A stretch of DNA of 32,000 nucleotides, from assembly GCA_005191425.1 (NCBI GenBank), contig SUPR01000011.1, forward strand, positions 1-32,000. Direction: 5' to 3'. The notes beneath the pieces were generated by a model. It saw nothing but the letters and a program-made list of their open reading frames with translations. It was not told the DNA's origin and did not search any database. Each line of letters begins with the position of its first letter. Position 1 is the stretch's first letter. The translations under genes and the position numbers were made by a program. Of this stretch, positions 1 through 8,244 are shown in pieces. The stretch comes from Candidatus Helarchaeota ASGARD archaeon Hel_GB_B. GTDB taxonomy: Archaea; Asgardarchaeota; Lokiarchaeia; Helarchaeales; HEL-GB-B.

Positions 1-1
1 A

Positions 2-2029
2 AAGTATGTTGATATCAGGGATCATATCAAGTCTCCAGCGTTAAAAATAACTGTAGATAAACTTCAAAATTTCAATAGAGTTAAACGCGACCTCGCAAAT
101 TTAAAAAACACAGTTTTATATAATGCGGATATTCCCCATTCTAGAATGTGGCTGTACCTAAATGACTTATTTCCAACTGCTAAAGTCCATGTTAATAATA
201 GTCATCCACCGGTTCTTGTTGATGGCGAGTCAAGGGCTTCATTGGACTATAATATGCCTGATTTTAAGTCAATAGAACTAGATATTAAGGTCAAAAACAG
301 GCATATACGTCCTCGTATAGACGATAAACTTGGAACTGTTATAATAAAATTTGAGGATGAAAAAATCATAGTTGATCATGATTGTGAAGCTGAGTTATTA
401 TTGAAAATGTGTCATATTATAAATGACATTGATCCCGATATAATTTATACAAAAAATGGTGACTCATTTCTATTTCCCTATTTAATAGCACGTGGTTCAT
501 ATAATCGAATATTACAAAATATGTGTATCTCTCGGGAAAATTATCCATTCGAAAAAGGGCTTATCCGCCTGCAAGGTGGTGGCTCCTACCAATCTTATGG
601 TATAACATATTATCGATCCCCTTTACAGTATTTTTTATATGGGCGTCTTCATATCGATAGTGCAATGGGTACAAGGGCATTCCCATGGCAAGGTATTGAA
701 GGAATAATTGAAGTAGCCCGCATTACAATGGTACCTATCCAGAATGTCTCCCGAATAACTATCGGGCAAGCAATGACTTCAATGCAATTTTATGAGGCAA
801 TAAATAATGATATCCTTATTCCGCTCCGCAAAACAAATACTTCTGAAAAGTTCAAAACTGGCTTAAAAATGGTTAAAAGTGATAAAGGAGGTTTTATCTT
901 TACTCCACAAGTAGGATTTTTTGAAAATGTTTATGAACTCGACTTTAGTTCTATGTACCCCACAATTATGCTAACAAGAAATATTTCTCCAGAGACTATC
1001 TTGTGTTCATGTAAAAATTCAACTCACTATGTCCCCGACCTTGGGTATAATATCTGTGGCAAGCGTATAGGACTAATTCCACGAGTTTTAAAACTGGTCC
1101 TTGATAAAAGGTTGCGGTATAAAAGGTTAGCAAGGAAATATGGTAAAAATTCCCGATATAATGCCAGGCAAGCTGCTCTCAAATGGATTTTAGTCACAAG
1201 TTTCGGATATATGGGCTATAAAAATGCAAGATTTGGACGTATCGAGGCACATGAATCAGTTACTGCATTTGCAAGGAAAATACTAATAGATACATTTCAT
1301 ATTGCTGAAGAGCATGGACTCAAAGTATTACACGGAATTGTCGACTGTTTATGGGTTCAACCAGAAAATGGAGTAGGTACAGAAGAAATTAAGTCTTTTT
1401 GTCAGAAAGTTAATAATAAAACAAAAATCGAACTGGATAATAAAGGAAAATATGAATGGATAATTTTTCTTCCCCTTAAATCTGACCCGACAATTGCTAC
1501 CCTAAATCATTATTACGGAAAACTCGAGAATGATACCATAAAAGTTAGGGGCCTTCAAGTTAGAAAACATGATTCTCCAAAGATAGTTAAAGATGCGCAA
1601 AATGAAATTTTAGACCTATTTAAAAATACACACAATTGGGACGAATTTAACAAGGCGATCCCTAAAGCAAGAAAAATACTAAATAAGTATATAACACGGA
1701 TTAAAACTGGCAAAATCAATATAGACGATTTATTAATTACATCTCGTTTGTCAAAAAATATTACTGATTATGTTATGAATACCCGCCAAGTATCTGCTTC
1801 TCTCCAACTCCATAACCACGGCGTAAATATCAATGCTGGGGAAATGGTCCAATATGTTATTACCGATGCAAATGCTACTAACCCCCTCCATAGAGTAGTC
1901 CCTGCTCAACTCATTAAAAGTGGTACTAAAATAAAATATGACAAATATGAATACACTAAACTTTTAAATACAATGCTAAATGACATGCTTTCTTTTAGAA
2001 AAAATGGTGTTATTCCAAGCTTATCTTGA
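2..2029 (+). CDS. polB2: Family B DNA polymerase, archaeal PolB2 (Dpo2-like) group; 5'-partial
   Basis: Motif A DFSSMYP, altered motif B KWILVTSFGYMGY, altered motif C HGIVDCL. The frame is open from base 2 (KYVDIRDH...LYNADIPHSR) into the ORF-track ATG at 146, so the gene starts upstream of the window. Confidence 0.92.
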   Translation, partial: KYVDIRDHIKSPALKITVDKLQNFNRVKRDLANLKNTVLYNADIPHSRMWLYLNDLFPTAKVHVNNSHPPVLVDGESRASLDYNMPDFKSIELDIKVKNRHIRPRIDDKLGTVIIKFEDEKIIVDHDCEAELLLKMCHIINDIDPDIIYTKNGDSFLFPYLIARGSYNRILQNMCISRENYPFEKGLIRLQGGGSYQSYGITYYRSPLQYFLYGRLHIDSAMGTRAFPWQGIEGIIEVARITMVPIQNVSRITIGQAMTSMQFYEAINNDILIPLRKTNTSEKFKTGLKMVKSDKGGFIFTPQVGFFENVYELDFSSMYPTIMLTRNISPETILCSCKNSTHYVPDLGYNICGKRIGLIPRVLKLVLDKRLRYKRLARKYGKNSRYNARQAALKWILVTSFGYMGYKNARFGRIEAHESVTAFARKILIDTFHIAEEHGLKVLHGIVDCLWVQPENGVGTEEIKSFCQKVNNKTKIELDNKGKYEWIIFLPLKSDPTIATLNHYYGKLENDTIKVRGLQVRKHDSPKIVKDAQNEILDLFKNTHNWDEFNKAIPKARKILNKYITRIKTGKINIDDLLITSRLSKNITDYVMNTRQVSASLQLHNHGVNINAGEMVQYVITDANATNPLHRVVPAQLIKSGTKIKYDKYEYTKLLNTMLNDMLSFRKNGVIPSLS

Positions 2030-2210
2030 CCAAGGGTATCTCTACATCACAGATACTCATATCGGAATCAAGGTACAATGATACCCAGTGGTCATTATGT
2101 TTAATAATACAAGGAATTGGAAATCGTTCATAAGGCTCAAAATCTTTAACATCGACCTCAAATCTAAGAGGTTTTTTACATATTGGACACCGAATAATTT
2201 TTTCAGTCAA
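2010..2210 (-). CDS. 66-aa putative Zn-binding protein (C8/C11/H38/H41), co-transcribed with the Rab-like GTPase
   Basis: TTG start 2 nt after the GTPase stop; CPIC and KHNDH motifs; 3' end overlaps polB2 by 20 nt. Confidence 0.75.
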   Translation of the reverse strand: MTEKIIRCPICKKPLRFEVDVKDFEPYERFPIPCIIKHNDHWVSLYLDSDMSICDVEIPLVKISLE

Positions 2211-2212
2211 AT

Positions 2213-2734
2213 TTAACCCTCTTCAATAATTTTTTTTGCAAGTGCTTTAAAAATATCTTCAACTCCTTCACCACTTTTTGCTGAGGACTCGAAATAGTCC
2301 ATACCACATTGTTTGGCATATTCTTTTGCTTCATCAGTTTCAACAACTCTTAAATCTGCCAAATCTGCTTTATTTCCGACTAAAACTGATGGTATTAGTC
2401 CGGTAATTTCCCATAAAAATTCTATCCACTCGGTTAATCTAATATATGTTTTTCGCCGTGTTAAATCAAAACAAATTACTGCGCCATTTGAGCCCTTACA
2501 AAATGTCGGCAAAACGCTTTTAAACCTATGTTCTCCAGCAAGATCCCATAAACTTAATGAAATATTCGTATCACCAATTGAAAAATTTTTAACATAAAAG
2601 TCACTACCAATTGTGGTTTTATATCCTTCCAAAAATGACCCTTCACAAAATTTCTTTACTAAGCTCGTCTTACCAACTGCAGCTTCGCCTATTATCACTA
2701 TTTTAAAGATTTTTCTTTTAGCTGGCTTAGCCAT
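2213..2734 (-). CDS. Rab-like small GTPase (Ras superfamily)
   Basis: G1 GEAAVGKTS, G2 TTIGSDF, G3 WDLAGE, G4 NKAD, G5 SAK; RabF-like IGSDF, RFKSVL, CFDLT; no C-terminal prenylation cysteines. Confidence 0.95.
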   Translation of the reverse strand: MAKPAKRKIFKIVIIGEAAVGKTSLVKKFCEGSFLEGYKTTIGSDFYVKNFSIGDTNISLSLWDLAGEHRFKSVLPTFCKGSNGAVICFDLTRRKTYIRLTEWIEFLWEITGLIPSVLVGNKADLADLRVVETDEAKEYAKQCGMDYFESSAKSGEGVEDIFKALAKKIIEEG

Positions 2735-3049
2735 GTCTCTGGTCTCACTTTATTTTTCAATTTGTTATGATTATTAATTTATTTCTTAATATTATTAATA
2801 ATTTTATCTAACGTTAGCGCAGTCTTTTTTTTAAATTTGTAATACTAAAACAATGTATATTCTAATTATAAAAATTATTATAGTGGAAATATTTTTACCA
2901 AATATGTTGAAATTTTTGATTGAATACTTTAGGTTTCTATTTTAAATAGAAATTGAAATTATCTATGGAGATAATTTTTATTATAAATATTTTAATAATA
3001 AAAAAAGATAAAAAATTAACTCATATTCTTAATACAAGAGGTGCATTTA

Positions 3050-3577
3050 TTGGTAGTATTCGAAGTAAAAAAGGTATTTCCATTTAATAAAGAATTACTC
3101 AAGGAATATTTTATGTGTTTTAAAATTTGGGAATTGGGAATGCCCTACAAAAGTGTAAAAATAAAACCTCGTGAGAAAAACAGCTGGGATTGGAAAATTA
3201 AAGATGTGATTGATTTCATTATAATTAAATGGTCTTTTGAACATAAATTTACTTCTATTCAACAGGAATTTGATAATTATCTTAAAGTAGATTTTGAGAA
3301 TAGCAATTATATTAGTGATTTTGATGGTAAAATTACTTTTAATGAAAAAGTGAATGAAGATAATGGTAATGTATTATGCCTTGTTAAATTTGTAGTTAAA
3401 AAGCTTAGGTTAAAAGATCCCATTTTAAATCAATTACGAGACCCATTTATTGGAATTTTGAAGGCTGATTATAAAAAATTTTTAAATAATGTATATGAAA
3501 TTCTACAAGATAAAGAAGTACGAGTTCAATCCATTAATGAATGTTGGTGGGTAAAAAAAGAAGTGATAAAATTTTGA
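3050..3577 (+). CDS. Hypothetical protein, possibly SRPBCC/START-like helix-grip fold
   Basis: Clean ORF. The track's GTG at 3041 lies inside a GAGGTG SD, so the in-frame TTG at 3050 is the likelier start. Fold guess rests only on a run of beta-strand-like segments and a long C-terminal amphipathic helix. Confidence refers to the CDS; the fold is weak. Confidence 0.6.
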   Translation: MVVFEVKKVFPFNKELLKEYFMCFKIWELGMPYKSVKIKPREKNSWDWKIKDVIDFIIIKWSFEHKFTSIQQEFDNYLKVDFENSNYISDFDGKITFNEKVNEDNGNVLCLVKFVVKKLRLKDPILNQLRDPFIGILKADYKKFLNNVYEILQDKEVRVQSINECWWVKKEVIKF

Positions 3578-3584
3578 GTTAAAA

Positions 3585-4757
3585 TCATATTAAATCTTTA
3601 AGGAGTTCTACTATCCCAAATATTTTTAAGTTTGAGCCCATTGATTTTGCTGCATCTTTAAAATTTCTTAAACAAAAGGGGCAACTTGTTATTAAATCCT
3701 CAGCACCAGTCTGTTCAGCTTCTTTTAGTCTATCTATTGCTATTTTCACAGCCCAATCTTTAAATCCCGATTTAACGCCACCACCTGCTCCGCAACACCA
3801 TGAATTTTCTCTAATTCTCCGCATTTCAATAAGTTCTAATTCCGGAATATTTTTTAAAATCTCACGAGGCTCATCGAATACACCTGCATGTCTGCCTAGA
3901 TGACATGGGTCATGATATGTTATTTTAATTGGTTTTTCTTTATCAATTTTTAATTTTCCTTCCTTCATTAATTTAAAAATAAATTCTGAAATGTGCAAAA
4001 TTTCAAATGGTAATTCTTTCCCTAAAATTTTTGGATAGTCAATTTTTAAGGTCCTATAACATCCAGCACAAGAAGTTACAATTGTTTTAGCTCCACTTTT
4101 TTTAAAAATGTCCATATTCTTTTTAATTAATTCTGGTATGACATTTACTTGTCCGGTTCTAAGGGCAGGAGATCCGCAACAATGTTCATCAGGTGAAATT
4201 GTAAAATCGACATTTAATTTTTTTAGAAGTTCAAAAGTTGACTTAGCAAGTTCTTTTTCTCTATAAGAGGAAGTACACCCCACAAAATATAATACTTCAG
4301 CAGTTGTTTTTAACTCTTTTTGGTCTAACCAATTTAACCGATTTGAGTGGGGTTCTTTATATGGGTTATTATTTGCTATTATAGAATCATAGAATGCTTT
4401 TTGATTTGAATATGGTCCAAATCCTCGACTTACCGCCTCTTCTCGTAGTGCTTCGAAAATTTCTATTAAATGATCAGAAACATCTTGTTGACATTGCATT
4501 GAACATGCACCACATAAAGGGCATGCATAAATTATTTTTATAATATTTTCATTCCATTTTAAGATGCCATTTAACAGTCCATAAGCAAGCCATACTTTAC
4601 CAGAACTCCAGTATGTTTCGAATTTAAAATGTTCACCAGCGGGGCATGATTCTGCATAGTCTTTATAAAGATATTTACAGCTGTTACATTTAGGACACCA
4701 AGAAACCCATTCTTTCACTTTTTCGAGACCAGTTTTTATATTTTCACCAGCAATCAT
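3585..4757 (-). CDS. HdrD/GlcF-like Fe-S oxidoreductase (2x[4Fe-4S] plus two CCG domains)
   Basis: CPKCNSC...CP and CPLCGACSMQC; CCG domains YFVGC...HCCGS...TSCAGC and YHDPCHLGRH...WCCGAGGG...TSCPFC. Confidence 0.93.
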   Translation of the reverse strand: MIAGENIKTGLEKVKEWVSWCPKCNSCKYLYKDYAESCPAGEHFKFETYWSSGKVWLAYGLLNGILKWNENIIKIIYACPLCGACSMQCQQDVSDHLIEIFEALREEAVSRGFGPYSNQKAFYDSIIANNNPYKEPHSNRLNWLDQKELKTTAEVLYFVGCTSSYREKELAKSTFELLKKLNVDFTISPDEHCCGSPALRTGQVNVIPELIKKNMDIFKKSGAKTIVTSCAGCYRTLKIDYPKILGKELPFEILHISEFIFKLMKEGKLKIDKEKPIKITYHDPCHLGRHAGVFDEPREILKNIPELELIEMRRIRENSWCCGAGGGVKSGFKDWAVKIAIDRLKEAEQTGAEDLITSCPFCLRNFKDAAKSMGSNLKIFGIVELLKDLI

Positions 4758-4759
4758 AT

Positions 4760-6220
4760 CTAATCAAATCCTAGATGATGTGGGTTTAAAATTCCGTTGG
4801 GGTCAAGAGTTTTTTTAATTTTTTTTAACAGAGAAACAAATCCCGGGTCTGCTCGTTCCATAATTTTTGGAGCAACCCATGGTGGCATTTTATAAATAAC
4901 TCCTCCGATATCTAATATCATTTCCGCTAGTTCTTTGACCATTGCTCGTATTTCCTCTATTTCTTTTTCATTAGATTTATCAAAAGGAATTAAAAACCTA
5001 AGTACTCCATAATGCCCGGACTTCATAGGTCTGTGGAGAACACCCGGAATTTTATCATATTTTTTATGAATTTCAATGCCTTTAATACATCCTTCCAGCC
5101 ATTTAGATAAAGGTACATAGGAACCAACCCAAGTAAGACCCCCTCTATTAAGTAAACCAGGGATCTGAATAGGTAAATCCATAGGCGTCATCATTTTTTG
5201 TCCCATTTCCCCATAATCTTCAGGTTTTAATAATACTAATTGAGCTCCATCTTGGTCATTAATTTCATTAACCATTTTTACCAGAAATTTGTATTTTGCT
5301 TTTACTTCTTCCTCTGTATTTCCATATAATGTGAGTAAATTAACAAAATACAGCCCTTCAAATCTGGGGACAAAACCCATCATCTCAATTAAATTTTTGA
5401 GTTCTTCCATAGGTAAAAGACCTTTACTCATAAACATATTTAAAAGTCCACCGCCTATTTCTTGACAAATTCCCGACCTACATAATTTAAAAATAAATCT
5501 ATTATATACATCTGCTGGATCTGTTGCAAAAACCACGCAATGCGTAATGATTGGTGGTTTTGGCCATAAACAAATTGATCCCTTAGTAGCTATACCCGTA
5601 GTACCCTGCCAGCCAACAAATAAACCAAGTAAATCTGGCAAGGGCGTCCGACTATACCAATAAGGGCTAATTGCGCATGTACCTGCTCTTGCTATCTTTC
5701 CATTAGGCAAGACTACTTCAATTCCGTTTAATGATTCACTCATACTACCATATTTATGTGATAAATTTCCAAGTCCCTGTAAAATTGCGTTTACTAAAAC
5801 CGAAGAAAATGGTGGCGCAAATGGGAACGAATATTGAAATTCTATTAACTCTTCATCCAATAACTTTCTAAGGTGCCCAAAAGTAAAGCCGGGTTCAATA
5901 ACAATATACATATCTTTTTTATTAATTTCAATGACTTTTTTCATTCTTTTTAAGTCCATTAAAATCCCTTTTCCATATGGAATTGCAAGTCCACCTACAT
6001 TTGAACCCGCAACATAGGGCGTAATTGGAATTTTATTTTTGTTAGCAAATAGGACTATCTTTTGGACTTCTTCGGTAGTCTCAGGCATAACTACGATATC
6101 CGGTGTTTCTGGAAAGTTTTCTGTCATATCTTTTGAATATAAATAAAGTTCTTCTGGTCTTTCAGAAACGAAATCTTCGCCGACTATATCGACTAAATCT
6201 TTTAGCACTAATACCACCAT
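4760..6220 (-). CDS. FAD-linked oxidoreductase, VAO/PCMH (FAD_binding_4) superfamily
   Basis: PDIVVMPETTEEVQKIV, MDLKRMKKVIEI, IEPG, GIEVVLPNG, GTTGIATK, C-terminal KKTLDPNGILNP. Confidence 0.9.
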   Translation of the reverse strand: MVVLVLKDLVDIVGEDFVSERPEELYLYSKDMTENFPETPDIVVMPETTEEVQKIVLFANKNKIPITPYVAGSNVGGLAIPYGKGILMDLKRMKKVIEINKKDMYIVIEPGFTFGHLRKLLDEELIEFQYSFPFAPPFSSVLVNAILQGLGNLSHKYGSMSESLNGIEVVLPNGKIARAGTCAISPYWYSRTPLPDLLGLFVGWQGTTGIATKGSICLWPKPPIITHCVVFATDPADVYNRFIFKLCRSGICQEIGGGLLNMFMSKGLLPMEELKNLIEMMGFVPRFEGLYFVNLLTLYGNTEEEVKAKYKFLVKMVNEINDQDGAQLVLLKPEDYGEMGQKMMTPMDLPIQIPGLLNRGGLTWVGSYVPLSKWLEGCIKGIEIHKKYDKIPGVLHRPMKSGHYGVLRFLIPFDKSNEKEIEEIRAMVKELAEMILDIGGVIYKMPPWVAPKIMERADPGFVSLLKKIKKTLDPNGILNPHHLGFD

Positions 6221-6234
6221 TGATATAATTTCAG

Positions 6235-6633
6235 TTAAATGTTAAAATCTGTAATATCTGACATTGATTCAATTATTTTAATCATTTCAGTTGTAGCCGG
6301 CAGATATTTCATTAATTTTGGTAATGGACCCTTTACAATAATTAATTTTTTTTGCACTGCGTCCATAAAATTTAGTTCTCCTTTAATAACGCGTATCCAT
6401 ACATCTTTTGTACCTTCCAATGTAAATTCTGCATCTTCATTTAAGCCCTCGTCCAAATCTTCTGCTCTCCCATTATTAGACCTCCAATGAAATGAGATTC
6501 CAGCATCAGGTGCATTTAAATTGAAACTGGTATTCAATCCTTCTGCATATTCAAGAAAATCCTCATTTGTATTACACCGGTTCGCAAATTCTTTTGCCCA
6601 TTCTATAGACCCTAATTTTAATTTTTCAGACAT
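6235..6633 (-). CDS. SCP2 sterol/lipid-carrier domain protein
   Basis: EWAKEFANRCN...AEFTLEGTKDVWIRVIKGELNFMDAVQKKLIIVKG matches the SCP2 pattern; SD GAGGT upstream. Confidence 0.85.
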   Translation of the reverse strand: MSEKLKLGSIEWAKEFANRCNTNEDFLEYAEGLNTSFNLNAPDAGISFHWRSNNGRAEDLDEGLNEDAEFTLEGTKDVWIRVIKGELNFMDAVQKKLIIVKGPLPKLMKYLPATTEMIKIIESMSDITDFNI

Positions 6634-6767
6634 TTTTCAAACCTCTTTTATTAATAGAAATGATTTTTCTTTTTAAAAAAATAAAAATACTCACTAAAGC
6701 TTGATCTAAATTCAATTTCCATATATTTAAATCTTTGATTAACTGGTATATTTGACATTGTGTTCTA

Positions 6768-8090
6768 TTATTTAGCATTTTTAAGAAAATCTAAATCGAC
6801 CTTCTCTCTTCTTTTGAACCCCTGTTCCGGATATGGGTGTCCATATTTATATTTTTTGGCCATATAAAGACCTAACGGCATTTTTCTTGGTCTAAAATTA
6901 CTAGGCGCCCCAGGTTCTACTTTAATTAATTCATATTTTCTTGTTCCAAGTCCAATTCTCTCACCAACGCTTAATTGGATGTTGACATTGATTCCAAATA
7001 ACGAACTTGCTGTCGTAAATTTTTCAACGCCAGCATCTCCTACTCCATAATCGACACATTGGGTATTTGGAATACCTGCAACTTCAGTACATTTATCTAA
7101 ACAAGCTTGGTCGATAGCAACAGGATCTCTACTTGCAAATACTCCAATATCAGGTAAAGTCGCAGCATCACTAAAAGGTAAGCAATCACACCATGGCGTT
7201 ATGTCTATTGCATAGTTTATGAACCCTACTTTATCTCTACCTTTTAATTTCATAAATGCAAGAGCAGAATCTGCAATTGCAGCACTAGTTACTTCAAAAT
7301 AACCTTCAGGAAGTGTGAATACACTACAAGCTAATGATTTTAATAAATGGCATGTACAACCTTTGCATTTATCTTTATCCCAAATAATTGAATCTTCAGT
7401 TACTCTGATTGCACCTTCAGGGCAGGTATTATTACAATCTTCTGCATACTTACATTTTAATCCTTTACACCGTTTTGGTTTAAACTTAGAATTCTGAATA
7501 CCATATATGGGATGTCCTCCCAGATGTAAATTATATTTTCCTCTTTTCGACGCGCACCCTACACCTATGTTTTTAATAGACCCACCAATAGTCGCAATTG
7601 GATGTCCTTTAAAATGTGTTAATACAATTACTGCGTCTGCATTTGTAATTTCTCGAGCAATATATTGCTCCTGTAAAATAAACCCTTCGGGCAAATCTAT
7701 TCGGTAATCATCAGTCCCAACTGCACCATCAGCTATTATTATGGGACATCCCATTGATTCGGGTGTAAAACCGTTCATCGCAGCTGTTTCCAAGTAATCT
7801 TTTGCTGTAATCCGGTTGATATACTCATAATATGGTAATGTAGTAGTATCAGTGACAAATGGCTCTCCACCGTATTCCTTAATCTTATCACAAATTACTC
7901 TCACTAAAATTGGTCTAAGATATGCTGTATTAAAATATTCTCCCATATGAACTTTTACAGCAACACTGTCTCCATCTTTAAAACACTCATTTAGTCCCGC
8001 TTTTTCAAAAAGCCAAGCACCTTTAGCTGCCATACTAGTTTCTATACTCATAGACCTTGCGTGCATGAAATATACTTTTTCTGAATCCAT
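6768..8090 (-). CDS. DUF362-family Fe-S protein with embedded ferredoxin-like domain
   Basis: VAVKVHMGE, LTHFKGH, IKNIGVGCASKRGK, CNNTCPEGAI...CKGCTC, ITPWCDC, ASRDPVAIDQAC. Confidence 0.9.
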   Translation of the reverse strand: MDSEKVYFMHARSMSIETSMAAKGAWLFEKAGLNECFKDGDSVAVKVHMGEYFNTAYLRPILVRVICDKIKEYGGEPFVTDTTTLPYYEYINRITAKDYLETAAMNGFTPESMGCPIIIADGAVGTDDYRIDLPEGFILQEQYIAREITNADAVIVLTHFKGHPIATIGGSIKNIGVGCASKRGKYNLHLGGHPIYGIQNSKFKPKRCKGLKCKYAEDCNNTCPEGAIRVTEDSIIWDKDKCKGCTCHLLKSLACSVFTLPEGYFEVTSAAIADSALAFMKLKGRDKVGFINYAIDITPWCDCLPFSDAATLPDIGVFASRDPVAIDQACLDKCTEVAGIPNTQCVDYGVGDAGVEKFTTASSLFGINVNIQLSVGERIGLGTRKYELIKVEPGAPSNFRPRKMPLGLYMAKKYKYGHPYPEQGFKRREKVDLDFLKNAK

Positions 8091-8244
8091 AGATTATTAA
8101 TCATCTAATTTCAAATATAAATCTACTTACAGATCTAAAACGCTAATAGAATTTATACTTAAAAGATATATATAGAAAATATAAATGATTTTTTATGGGG
8201 ATATTTTGATATATATTGCTATAAACAAAAAAGATCTTATAATT

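Noticed and set aside
146-2029. PolB as a viral, casposon or protein-primed polymerase
   Set aside because: Motifs match cellular PolB2; no integrase, Cas1, capsid or terminal repeat is adjacent within the window.
2313-2597. 94-aa + strand ORF
   Set aside because: Antisense shadow inside the Rab-like gene; no motif.
4760-6220. Calling the flavoprotein glcD / D-lactate dehydrogenase or alkyl-DHAP synthase
   Set aside because: The required HxxDGNxH and EHGxG (or HHHGVG) motifs are absent.
6239-6490. 83-aa + strand ORF
   Set aside because: Antisense to SCP2.
7315-7707. Two short + strand ORFs (60 and 66 aa)
   Set aside because: Antisense to DUF362.
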